Assembly: GCA_002269645.1 (NCBI GenBank)
Contig: NIVC01000335.1
Coordinates: 1-55,517, forward strand
DNA length: 55,517 nt
Source: Macrostomum lignano
Taxonomy: Eukaryota
Reading direction: 5' to 3'
The stretch's first letter is position 1. Every line of letters begins with the position of its first letter. Position numbers and translations under genes: made by a program. This document shows, one piece after another, positions 1 to 11,830 of the stretch. The notes under the pieces are model-generated. The model worked only from the letters and a program-made list of their open reading frames with translations, was not told where the DNA came from and searched no databases.

Positions 1-1175
1 TCCCCAGAATCTCACTCGGATTCTCCCCAGAATCTCCTATAGATTCTCCCCAGAATCTCACATCCGATTCTCCCCAGAATCTCCACCGATTCTCCCAGAA
101 TCTCACATCGATTCTCCCCAGAATCTCCACCGATTCTCCCAGAATCTCCTACCGATTCTCCCCAGAATCTCACACCGATTCTCCCCAGAATCTCCCACAC
201 GATTCTCCCCAGAATCTCACACCCGATTCTCCCAGAATCTCACACCGATTCTCCCCCAGAATCTCACACCGATTCTCCCAGAATCTCACACCGATTCTCC
301 CCAGAATCTCACACCGATTCTCCCCCAGAATCTCACACCCGATTCTCCCCAGAATCTCACACCGATTCTCCCCAGAATCTCACTCGGATTCTCCCCAGAA
401 TCTCATTCAAATTCTCCCCAGAATCTCACACCGATTCTCCCCAGAATCTCACACCGATTCTCCCCAGAATCTCCTACCGATTCTCCCAGAATCTCACACA
501 GATTCCCCCCCAGAATCTCACACCGATTCTCCCAGAATCTCCCACCGATTCTCCCCGAATCTCCCACCGATTCTCCCCAGAATCTCACACCGATTCTCCC
601 CAGAATCTCACACCGATTCTCCCCAGAATCTCACACCGATTCTCCCCAGAATCTCACACCGATTCTCCCCAGAATCTCCTACCGATTCTCCCAGAATCTC
701 ACACAGATTCTCCCCCAGAATCTCACACCGATTCTTCCCAGAATCTCCCACCGATTCTCCCCAGAATCTCCCACCGATTCTCCCCAGAATCTCCCACCGA
801 TTCTCCCCAGAATCTCCTACCGATTCTCCCAGAATCTCACACAGATTCTCTCCCAGAATCTTACACAGATTCTCTCCCATAATCTCACACAGATTCTCTC
901 CCTGAATCTCACACCGATTCTCCCAGAATCTTACACCGATTCTCTCCAGAATCTCCCACCGATTCTCCCCAGAATCTTATCGCCCAGAATCTCACCCAGA
1001 ATCTCATTGCCCAGAATCTCACCCAGAATCTCACTCCGATTCTCCCCAGAACCTCACCTAAATCTCACCCAGAATCTCATCGCCCAGAATCTCATCGCCC
1101 AGAATCTCATCGCCCAGAATCTCACCCAGAATCTCACCCAGAATCTCACCCAGAATCTCATTGCCCAATCTCACC
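1..1175. repeat. Intronic minisatellite, unit ~21-23 bp (CCGATTCTCCCCAGAATCTCAC[A]), ~50 copies, runs off the window start
   Basis: Direct reading; ends a few nt before the otopetrin acceptor AG at 1181-1182. Confidence 0.97.
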
Positions 1176-1182
1176 ATTTCAG

Positions 1183-1480
1183 ATGTGCATCCACAAGTAC
1201 AAGGCGCTGGCAAGGTTCGGCCTGGCTCACCTGATCGCCACCAACCTGTGCGTGTGGCTCCGCACGGTTGCCAAGGAGAGCGTGGCCGAAATTCTGGCTG
1301 AGCCGGCCAAAAATTCCACCAGCGACTCAGGCGGCATTGGCGCGGCGGGTGGAGCGGCTTCAGCGAATGTCAGCTCGCATCGATGCGCCTCGGAGACTGG
1401 CGAAGTGCTGAAGGGCCTGGTGGCTCGCAGCGACCCCTACCTGTTCCCGACCACTGTGCAGTACAGCCTGCTGGCTGCGG
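1183..1480 (+). CDS. Otop: Otopetrin (OTOP proton channel family), internal exon; upstream exons lie outside the window
   Basis: tttcAG|ATG...GCGG|GTGAGT; translates RFGLAHLIATNLCVWLRTVAKES and PYLFPTTVQYSLLAA, matching otopetrin motifs RFGLMHxxATNLxxW and PYLYPxxIEYSL; 298 nt, ends in phase 1. Confidence 0.93.
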
Positions 1481-1522
1481 GTGAGTCAGAACTGCGGGCC
1501 ACGGCTGATTCCGTAACTCACT

Positions 1523-2445
1523 GACTCATTGTTGCTGAGTTGGGTGACTTATTGTTGCTGATTTGGATGACTCATTGTTGCTCAGTTGGATGACTCATTG
1601 TTGCTCAGTTGGATGACTCATTGTTGCTCAGTTGGATGACTCATTGTTGCTCAGTTGGATGACTCATTGATGCTGAGTTGGATGACTCATTGTTGCTGAG
1701 TTGGATGACTCATTGTTGCTAAGTTGGGTGACTCATTGTTGCTGAGTTGGATGACTCATTGTTGCTAAGTTGGGTGACTCATTGATGCTGAGTTGGATGA
1801 CTCATTGATGTTGATTTGGATGATTCATTGATGATGATTTGGATAACTTATGATGATGATTTGGATTACTTATGATGATGATTTGGATGACTTATGATGA
1901 TGATTTGGATGACTCATTGATGATGAGTTGGATGACTCATTGTTGCTGAGTTGGATGACTCATTGTTGCTGAGTTGGATGACTCATTGATGTTGATTTGG
2001 ATGATTCATTGATGATGATTTGGATGACTTATAATGATGATTTTGATGACTTATGATGATGATTTGGATGACTCATTGTTGCTGAGTTGGATGACTCATT
2101 GATGATGAGTTGGATGACTCATTGTTGCTGAGTTGGATGACTCATTGTTGCTGAGTTGGATGACTCATTGATGTTGATTTGGATGATTCATTGATGATGA
2201 TTTGGATGACTTATAATGATGATTTTGATGACTTATGATGATGATTTGGATGACTGATAGATGATGATTTGGATGACTCATTGATGCTGAGTTGGATGAC
2301 TCATTGATGTTGATTTGGATGACTCATTGATGATGATTTGGATGACTTATGATGATGATTTGGATGACTTATGATGATGATTTAGATGACTGATAGATGC
2401 TGAGTTGGATGACTCGTCAGTGATGATGACTCGGATGACTCAAAT
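1523..2445. repeat. Intronic minisatellite, 23-bp unit TTGGATGACTCATTGTTGCTGAG and variants
   Basis: Direct reading; fills the otopetrin intron. Confidence 0.95.
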
Positions 2446-2503
2446 GACAAACTATTGTATAGAGTTTCAAACGACCCAGCCTCATCCCCACGAACTCCCC
2501 CAG

Positions 2504-3417
2504 CCATCCTGTGGATGACATGGCGCAACGTCGGCCGACCCGGCAGTCGCAGGTTCGATTCAGCATCGCTAGACAGCTCGCCAGACGGCACCCTGACTTC
2601 GCCGGCGCATCAGCAGCAGTCGCAGCAGCAGCCGCCTGCACCGCAGTCGCCGCCGCAGGCCCGACCATCGGGATCGGTCGAGGCCGCCGACCCCGTGGCG
2701 GACACCGCGGCCTCTTCCCGCTGCCACCGGCGCCACGGCGGCAGCGGCGGCGGCCTCGACTGCGCCGGCTCGCACCGCGGCCTGTTCCTCGGCCTGGCAG
2801 CCCTGGTCGGCGGCGCGGTGGCCCTGCTGGCATCCGGGGTGCTGATGCAGCAGCCGCAGTACTACTCAGCGGGCAGCCTGGCCTCCTACTGCGGCGAGCT
2901 GGCCCTGCTGGCGGCCGGGCTCGCCACCGCCCTGGCCGCCTTCCCTCGCATGGCCGACATGCTGTACGTGTCCGGCCGGGACCGGCGGCTGGACGAGGCG
3001 CTGCAGTTGGCCACCCTGGCCGGCAGCCTGGCGCACTGGCTGCTGCCGCTGATGGCGGGCCCGCCGCCCGGGCCGCACGTGGCCGCCTGCAGCGCCGCCC
3101 AGCTGCTTCAGGCCAGCGTGCAGGCCGCCTTCGTGTGCACCGCCCTGAAGCGGATGTCCTACAAAGCGTTGCACGAGCGCGAGAAGCCCGGACGCGAACT
3201 CGTGACCTTCCTGCTAGTGTGCAACGTAGCATTGTTCGCGTTTGCGGCCACGGAGCCGCTGCGGCTGGCGGAGGCCCGCCTGGGGCCAGCGTTCGGCCGG
3301 GTTGCATTCGCTGTGGCGGACCACCTGACCCGGCCGTTGCACTGTCTGTTCCGCTTCCACAGCGTGGTGGCCCTGGCCACCGTCTGGAAAGAGGCCTACC
3401 AGTTCAAGTCCGCCTGA
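2504..3417 (+). CDS. Otop: Otopetrin, last coding exon
   Basis: ccccAG|CC continues phase 1 (A-ILWMTWRNVGR); motifs DCAGSHRGLFLG, KPGRELVTFLLVCN, FRFHS...VWKEAY; stop TGA at 3415-3417. Confidence 0.93.
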
Positions 3418-3727
3418 CACTAGTCTCAAGTCCAACTGACACTAGTCTCAAGTCCACCTGACACTAGTCTCAAGTCCAACTGACACTAGTCTCGAGTCCG
3501 CCTGACACTAGTCTCAAGTCCAACTGACACTAGTCTCAAGTCCAACTGACACTAGTCTCGAGTCCGCCTGACACTAGTCTCAAGTCCACCTGACACTAGT
3601 CTCAAGTCCAACTGACACTAGTCTCAAGTCCAACTGACACTAGTCTCAAGTCCGCCTGACACTAGTCTCAAGTCCGCCTGACACTAGTCTCAAGTCCAAC
3701 TGACACTAGTCTCAAATCCACCTGATA
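3405..3727. repeat. 22-bp tandem repeat (CTGACACTAGTCTCAAGTCCAA/GC), ~14 copies, overlapping the otopetrin stop codon
   Basis: Direct reading; the unit repeats the terminal AAGTCCGCCTGA. Confidence 0.95.
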
Positions 3728-4451
3728 CTAGTCGCATTGGTTGATGGCAGATAGCTCGTAAGTTACTAGTTAATTCCTTAATTTGGGAGACAGTCTAGAT
3801 TGGAATGAGTCATCAATTATGGCAAATTACTGTGACTTATTGAAAGTGACTCACTAGCATTTTATTACTCACTTATAGTGACATTAGCACTCTTATGACT
3901 CATTGATAATGACTCATTAGTATTCTTATGAATCACTGATAATGAGTACCTTTGAATCTTTGTAAATCATTTTCAATGGATGATAAGAATTTGAATGAAT
4001 GCATTCTAGAGTATACTTATGACTCATTAGAATCCTTATGAACCCTCGATAACAAATCGTTAGAACTCTAATTCACTCATAAGTATTGCTATGACCATTA
4101 ATGATCATGCACATCAGTAGTCACTCGTTGAATTTGAGTCAGGAAGACTTCAATCAGTGATAAGGATTCTAATGAGTAATTTCTAGCTCATAGCATGCTT
4201 CCTAAGAATTACTGACAGAGAATAATTTAGCATAACAATGACTCATTGATAGTGACTACTCATTGGCAGTGAGGCATTGGTTTCCGTTGCTAACTCACAG
4301 ATGATAGATAGCTGGAATTCATTTACTTAACAACAAAAATATTGTACAGATTTTTTCTGCCTTTTCTCCGCTTGTCGACAACCCAAAACCTCTGAACTGA
4401 CTTGTGATCCCGCAGTTCGTGCTGCTCCTACTGCTAGCTCGTACTAGTATT

Positions 4452-4457
4452 AATAAA
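4452..4457 (+). promoter_or_regulatory. Candidate polyadenylation signal of otopetrin
   Basis: AATAAA about 1 kb downstream of the stop, followed by T/GT-rich sequence. Confidence 0.35.
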
Positions 4458-4961
4458 TTTACAAGACACCAATATTCTACTGTGAGTAATAAGGTTGCGT
4501 GTGATTTTGCTAACTTTTATCTCTGTGCAATTTTTTTTCAAATAATTTTAGTCACTTTGAAATTTATTTGTTTGAATTGATTATCGGTGTTGTTTAACTG
4601 CGTCACGGCGTCTGTTAAATTTGTTTTAATTAACGCTGTCTCCGTCTGCCCTTCTTGCTTATGATTGGCTAAAATGCACTTGCACCGCTAACCTGTTGCT
4701 TAAAGTCATAGCGCTAACTTTGATAGAAAATTTCGCTTCATTCACCATGCGTAAAAATCCGCTTTTTCTGTCATTTTTTAGTCTGCGTTTGTGCGAGAAT
4801 TAAAATGACAATGTTGCATTCGAACAATTTATTGACAAACTAATAAAAACTGTGAACTGAAGTTCGCTATTTGAGTTGAGAGCCAGCATTGCCGATTTAA
4901 TTTTTACACTTCATCTGACTGTTTATTCAGATAGTGGAAATCTTACACTGTCTTTCCTCGG

Positions 4962-5986
4962 ACACAGGCAGTACACAGACTGTAGACAGGCAGTACACAG
5001 ACTGTAGGCAGGCAGTACACAGACTTAGACAGTACACATACTTAGACAGTACACAGACTTAGACAGTACACAGACTTAGACAGTACACAGACTGTAGACA
5101 GGCAGTACACAGACTGTAGACAGTGCAGTACACAGACTTGAGACAGGCAGTACACAGACTTAGACAGTACACAGACTTAGACAGTACACAGACTTAGACA
5201 GTACACAGACTTAGACAGTACACAGACTTAGACAGTACACAGACTTAGACAGTACACAGACTTAGACAGTACACAGACTTAGACAGTACACAGACTTAGA
5301 CAGTACACAGACTTAGACAGTACACAGACTTAGACAGTACACAGACTTAGACAGTACACAGACTGTAGACAGGCAGTACACAGACTTGAGACAGGGCAGT
5401 ACACAGACTTTAGACAGGCAGTACACAGACTGTAGACAGGCAGTACACAGACTGTAGACAGACAGTACACAGACTGTAGACAGACAGTACACAGACTGTA
5501 GACAGGGCAGTACACAGACTGTAGACAGGCAGTACACAGACTTGAGACAGGGCAGTACACAGACTTGAGACAGGCAGTACACAGACTGTAGACAGGCAGT
5601 ACACAGACTGTAGACAGACAGTACACAGACTGTAGACAGGCAGTACACAGACTGTAGACAGGGCAGTACACAGACTGTAGACAGGCAGTACACAGACTGT
5701 AGACAGGGCAGTACACAAACTTGAGACAGGCAGTACACAGACTGTAGACAGGGCAGTACACAGACTTGAGACAGGCAGTACATAGACTGTAGACAGGGCA
5801 GTACACAGACTGTAGACAGGCAGTACACAGACTGTAGACAGGCAGTACACAGACTGTAGACAGGGCAGTACACAGACTTGAGACAGGCAGTACACAGACT
5901 GTAGACAGGCAGTACACAGACTGTAGACAGGCAGTACACAGACTGTAGACAGGCGGTACACAGACTGTAGACAGGGCAGTACACAG
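4962..5986. repeat. Minisatellite, 17-23-bp units (CAGTACACAGACTTAGA / CAGTACACAGACTGTAGACAGG)
   Basis: Direct reading. Confidence 0.96.
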
Positions 5987-6546
5987 AAATTTCACAAGCT
6001 GTATATATTGCATGTAAGTATACAGGCTTATATAGGTTGTTCACAGGTACTATAATAGTACACATGGTATGTGCACAGTCGTCAATTCACATAATTTTGC
6101 AAGCCTTTCACAGAACACAGACAGACCTGAATTCCAGCTTTTGAATTCAGTTCTATTCGAGCAAACACACTGAAGCATTCAGTTCTGAAGCCCATGAAAA
6201 GCATTAAGAAGAGAGGGCCTATCGTAAGCCGCAATGCGATAAGCAGCAATAAATTACCAGCAGATTTAGGAGCAGAAGCGTCTGCAACACTAAGCGCTGG
6301 CTACTTGCAGAACAAACCAGATGCAACCTTCTTTAAGAAACATCAAGGGAGCCGCACTAAGCAAACAGGAATTTGCAAACAGGAACTCAATACTTCCTCT
6401 TTAAAGCGATATATTTTAACAAGGGAGAATGCCAGGTGGCTGGGAAAATATTGCATAATAATACAAGCCAATGTTCGCGATGCCGTCAGCACTACAATTG
6501 CAACTACCGGTATTTTTTTATTGGAAGATTTCCAACAGAGAACCCC

Positions 6547-7661
6547 AGTCTCGCCCTAGTCTCCACCTAGTCTCACCCTAGTCTCACCGTAAGCTCACCC
6601 TATTATCACCCCAGTCTCACCATAGTCTCACCTAGTCTCACCAAAGTCTCACCTAGTCTCACCCCAGTCTTACCCTAGTCTCACCCAGTCTCACCCCAGT
6701 CTTACCCAAGTCTCTACCTAGTCTCACCCAGTCTCACCCTAGTCTTACCCTAGTCTCACCATAGTCTCACCCCAGTCTCACCCCCAGTCTCCACCTAGTT
6801 TCACCATATTTTCATTCTAGTCTCATCCCAGCCTCAATGCAGTCTTCACAGTCTCACCATAGTCTCACCATAGTCTCACCTAGTCTCACCCTAGTCTCAT
6901 CCCCATCTCACCCTAGTCTCACTCAGTCTCACCCCAGTCTCCACCTAGTCTCACCCTAGTCTCACCCAGTCTCACCCCAGTCTCCACCTAGTCTCACCCT
7001 AGTCTCACCCAGTCTCACCCCAGTCTCCACCTAGTCTCACCCTAGTCTCACCCAGTCTCACCCCAGTCTCCACCTAGTCTCACCCTAGTCTCACCCAGTC
7101 TCACCCCAGTCTCCACCTAGTCTCACCCTAGTCTCACCCAGTCTCACCCCAGTCTCCACCTAGTCTCACCCTAGTCTCACCCAGTCTCACCCTAGTCTCA
7201 CCCTAGTCTCACCCAGTCTCACCCCAGTCTCCACCTAGTCTCACCATAGTCTCACCCAGTCTCACCCCAGTCTCCACCTAGTCTCACCCTAGTCTCACCC
7301 AGTCTCACCCCAGTCTCCACCTAGTCTCACCCAGTCTCACCCCAGTCTCCACCTAGTCTCACCCTAGTCTCACCCTAGTCTCACCCAGTCTCACCCCAGT
7401 CTCCACCTAGTCTCACCCTAGTCTCACCCTAGTCTCACCCTAGTCTCACCCAGTCTCACCCCAGTCTCCACCTAGTCTCACCCTAGTCTCACCCAGTCTC
7501 ACCCTAGTCTCACCCAGTCTCACCCTAGTCTCACAGCAGTCTCCACAGTCTCACCATTGTCTTATCCAGTCTCACCATTGTCTCATCCAGTCTCACCCAG
7601 TCTCACCCTAGTCTCACCCTAGTCTCACCCAGTCTCATCCCAGTCTCCACCTAGTCTCACC
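6547..7661. repeat. Minisatellite of 10-12-bp units (CTAGTCTCACC / CAGTCTCACC) with ~43-bp higher-order unit
   Basis: Direct reading; its edge contains the DEG/ENaC stop codon. Confidence 0.95.
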
Positions 7662-8028
7662 CAATTTTCGTTCCCCCCTCGCCGCCAGTCCACGTAGCGA
7701 CGCTGCGCATCTCAACGGCGGCCATCGGCGCCAACAGGGCGGTTTCCGCCGACGTGCCCGACGTTGCCATCGTGGCCCCGGCCGTCCAGGACCTCAGGGT
7801 GCCCCTCTCCTTGTTCATCGAGTCGTCCACGGAGACGCCAACGCCGATCATGCGTCGCTGCTGCTGCCGCGTCGCCGCCGCCGACGCCAAGTTGCCCGTC
7901 GACCTTGAGGGCATCGACTTACCGGCAGCCCAGCGGAACGCGAGGGCGGCGAGGCGAAGCGCGAGGTCGACGATCTCGGCTGCGAAGGTCAGGGTGAGGC
8001 CCAAGTAGAAGGCCAGCGCCGCGCCCAC
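7657..8028 (-). CDS. DEG/ENaC (amiloride-sensitive/ASIC-like) channel, exon 3 (TM2 and C-tail)
   Basis: Minus strand cttgacAG|GTG GGC; joins exon 2 to give LFAQVGAALAFYLGLTLTFAAEIVD, the TM2 pattern (LLxDIGGxxGLFxGxSxxTxxE); TGA at 7659-7657. Confidence 0.9.
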   Translation of the reverse strand: MGAALAFYLGLTLTFAAEIVDLALRLAALAFRWAAGKSMPSRSTGNLASAAATRQQQRRMIGVGVSVDDSMNKERGTLRSWTAGATMATSGTSAETALLAPMAAVEMRSVATWTGGEGGTKIG

Positions 8029-8299
8029 CTGTCAAGATTAAGTTGGGATTTTCGAACTAAATTGTTGATTAATTTCCCTATCGATTCTTCAATGGCGTCC
8101 CACCTTCTCGGCGACATATTCTGCCTATTCCGCAGACTCCTTAGCACACACAAGCGTGCCAATACCGTACGCAGGCGCGCACTTCACACTCTCTGCTGTG
8201 TCCTCATGGGTTTGTGAATGTGGGGCCGCGCACAGAACCAGGGGTCGGAGTCCCCCAGACGTCCCCAGAATCCCCGAGTCAGCTCCATCCAGCGCGTAC

Positions 8300-8917
8300 C
8301 TGAGCAAACAGCGCCGTAGACGTGAGCACCAGAGTCTCATTAAAAGTCCTGGTAGTGAAATCCTGCCTGACAATCTTCAGTCGGACGTAGGGCAAATCCC
8401 AATACCAGGGCCGCCTGCACCAGTCCGCACGGAACTCGTCCGGCCTGGCCGCCAGGTAGGCCGACACCTGCTCCAGCTGCTCAGCCTCCGACATCCTGGT
8501 GTCCATAAAGGCGCCGCCGTACCAGCACTCCTGCCAGTCAGAGGCCAGATTGGCGCTCTGGATCAGCCTGGTGCTGTACACGACGCTCTGGCAGGGCCGC
8601 GGACAGAGTTCGGAGGCTTTGGTGAAGCTGTCCAGGTAGCGACCGCCAGACAGGGAGCACTGCAGCCTGCGCTCGGTGAGGCTGAGGTTGCTCCAGTGCA
8701 CGGTGAAGCACAATGGCAGGCTGGCATTGTCAGAGTCGAGCCGCTGGGTGCAGCCGCACCGCTCGATCACCTCCGACTCGATGCGGCGCTCCAAACAGGC
8801 GTCGAAGTCGTCACCGTCGATGGAGTCGTCGGCCGCTTCGCCAGGACCACCGCCGTGGCCGCCACCTTTGCAATCGTCGTTGACGTACTTGCTGGTGGTG
8901 AAGCTCATGACGTTGAT
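8300..8917 (-). CDS. DEG/ENaC channel, exon 2 (Cys-rich thumb domain)
   Basis: ctcacccAG|ATC ... CAG|GTACGC, 618 nt, phase 0-0; motifs ACLERRIESEVIERCGC, CPRPCQSVVY and pre-TM2 strand. Confidence 0.9.
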
Positions 8918-8921
8918 CTGG

Positions 8922-11830
8922 GTGAGATTGATAGAGTTGTTGAGTGCTGAGATTGATAAAGTTGAGTGCTGAGATTGATAGAGTTGAGTGCTTAGATTGA
9001 TAGAGTTGTTGAGTGCTGAGATTGATAGAGTTGAGTGCTTAGATTGATAGAGTTGTTGAGTGCTGAGATTGATAGAGTTAAGTGCTGAGATTGATAGAGT
9101 TGTTGAGTGCTGAGATTGATGGAGTTGTTGAGTGCTGAGATTGATGGAGTTGTTGAGTGCTGAGATTGATGGAGTTGTTGAGTGCTGAGATTGATAGAGT
9201 TGTTGAGTGCTGAGATTGATAGAGTTGTTGAGTGCTGAGATTGATAGAGTTGTTGAGTGCTGAGATTGATGGAGTTGTTGAGTGCTGAGATTGATAGAGT
9301 TGTTGAGTGCTGAGATTGATAGAGTTGTTGAGTGCTGAGATTGATAGAGTTGTTGAGTGCTGAGATTGATAGAGTTGTTGAGTGCTGATATTGATAGAGT
9401 TGTTGAGTGCTGAGATTGATAGAGTTGTTGAGTGCTGAGATTGATAGAGTTGTTGAGTGCTGAGATTGATAGAGTTGTTGAGTGCTGAGATTGATAGAGT
9501 TGTTGAGTGCTGAGATTGATAGAGTTGTTGAGTGCTGAGATTGATAGAGTTGTTGAGTGCTGAGATTGATAGAGTTGTTGAGTGCTGAGATTGATAGAGT
9601 TGAGTGCTGAGATTGAGAGAGTTGTTGAGTGCTGAGATTGATAGAGTTGAGTGCTGAGATTGATAGAGTTGAGTGCTGAGATTGATAGAGTTGTTGAGTG
9701 CTGAGATTGATAGAGTTGAGTGCTGAGATTGATAGGGTTGTTGAGTGCTGAGATTGATAGAGTTGTTGAGTGCTGAGATTGATGGAGTTGTTGAGTGCTG
9801 AGATTGATAGAGTTGTTGAGTGCTGAGATTGATAGAGTTGTTGAGTGCTGAGATTGATAGAGTTGAGTGCTTAGATTGATAGAGTTGTTGAGTGCTGAGA
9901 TTGATAGAGTTGAGTGCTGAGATTGATAGAGTTGTTGAGTGCTGAGATTGATAGAGTTGAGTGCTGAGATTGATAGAGTTGAGTGCTGAGATTGATAGAG
10001 TTGAGTGCTGAGATTGATAGAGTTGTTGAGTGCTGAGATTGATAGAGTTGAGTGCTGAGATTGATAGAGTTGAGTGCTGAGATTGATAGAGTTGTTGAGT
10101 GCTGAGATTGTGGAGTTGTTGAGTGCTGAGATTGATAGAGTTGTTGAGTGCTGAGATTGATGGAGTTGTTGAGTGCTGAGATTGATAGAGTTGAGTGCTG
10201 AGATTGATAGAGTTGAGTGCTTAGATTGATAGAGTTGTTGAGTGCTGAGATTGATGGAGTGGTTGAGTGCTGAGATTGGTAGAGTTGAGTGCTGAGATTG
10301 ATAGAGTTGTTGAGTGCTGAGATTGATAGAGTTGTTGAGTGCTGAGATTGATAGAGTTGAGTGCTTAGATTGATAGAGTTGTTGAGTGCTGAGATTGATA
10401 GAGTTGAGTGCTGAGATTGATAGAGTTGTTGAGTGCTGAGATTGATAGAGTTGAGTGCTGAGATTGATAGAGTTGAGTGCTGAGATTGATAGAGTTGAGT
10501 GCTGAGATTGATAGAGTTGTTGAGTGCTGAGATTGATAGAGTTGAGTGCTGAGATTGATAGAGTTGAGTGCTGAGATTGATAGAGTTGTTGAGTGCTGAG
10601 ATTGTGGAGTTGTTGAGTGCTGAGATTGATAGAGTTGTTGAGTGCTGAGATTGATGGAGTTGTTGAGTGCTGAGATTGATAGAGTTGAGTGCTGAGATTG
10701 ATAGAGTTGAGTGCTTAGATTGATAGAGTTGTTGAGTGCTGAGATTGATGGAGTGGTTGAGTGCTGAGATTGGTAGAGTTGAGTGCTGAGATTGATAGAG
10801 TTGTTGAGTGCTGAGATTGATGGAGTTGTTGAGTGCTGAGATTGATAGAGTTGAGTGCTGAGATTGATAGAGTTGTTGAGTGCTGAGATTGATGGAGTTG
10901 TTGAGTGCTGAGATTGATAGAGTTGTTGAGTGCTGAGATTGATGGAGTTGTTGAGTGCTGAGATTGATAGAGTTGTTGAGTGCTGAGATTGATAGAGTTG
11001 TTGAGTGCTGAGATTGATAGAGTTGTTGAGTGCTGAGATTGAGAGAGTTGTTGAGTGCTGAGATTGAGAGAGTTGTTGAGTGCTGAGATTGATAGAGTTG
11101 AGTGCTGAGATTGATGGAGTTGTTGAGTGCTGAGATTGATAGAGTTGTTGAGTGCTGAGATTGATAGAGTTGAGTGCTGAGATTGATAGAGTTGAGTGCT
11201 GAGATTGATAGAGTTGTTGAGTGCTGAGATTGATAGAGTTGTTGAGTGCTGAGATTGATAGAGTTGTTGAGTGCTGAGATTGATAGAGTTGTTGAGTGCT
11301 GAGATTGATAGAGTTGTTGAGTGCTGAGATTGATAGAGTTGTTGAGTGCTGAGATTGATAGAGTTGAGTGCTGAGATTGATAGAGTTGTTGAGTGCTGAG
11401 ATTGATAGAGTTGAGTGCTGAGATTGATAGAGTTGAGTGCTGAGATTGATAGAGTTGTTGAGTGCTGAGATTGATAGAGTTGTTGAGTGCTGAGATTGAT
11501 AGAGTTGTTGAGTGCTGAGATTGATAGAGTTGAGTGCTGAGATTGATAGAGTTGAGTGCTGAGATTGATAGAGTTGAGTGCTGAGATTGATAGAGTTGAG
11601 TGCTGAGATTGATAGAGTTGAGTGCTGAGATTGATAGAGTTGAGTGCTGAGATTGATAGAGTTGAGTGCTGAGATTGATAGAGTTGAGTGCTGAGATTGA
11701 TAGAGTTGTTGAGTGCTGAGATTGATAGAGCTGAGTGCTGAGATTGATAGAGTTGAGTGCTGAGATTGATAGAGTTGAGTGCTGAGATTGATAGAGTTGA
11801 GTGCTGAGATTGATAGAGTTGAGTGCAGAT
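8922..11830. repeat. Large intronic minisatellite, 22/25-bp unit GAGTGCTGAGATTGATAGAGTT(GTT), ~120 copies, with a 494-bp higher-order duplication
   Basis: Direct reading; rare variants recur at 10107/10601 and 10261/10755. Confidence 0.97.

Noticed and set aside
2417-3461. Long alternative-frame and antisense ORFs over otopetrin, DEG/ENaC and nAChR exons
   Set aside because: Shadow ORFs expected from high-GC coding sequence; the family-matching frame explains each region
6194-6559. 121-aa + strand ORF between otopetrin and DEG/ENaC
   Set aside because: No motif or splice context; lies antisense to the likely DEG/ENaC 3'UTR
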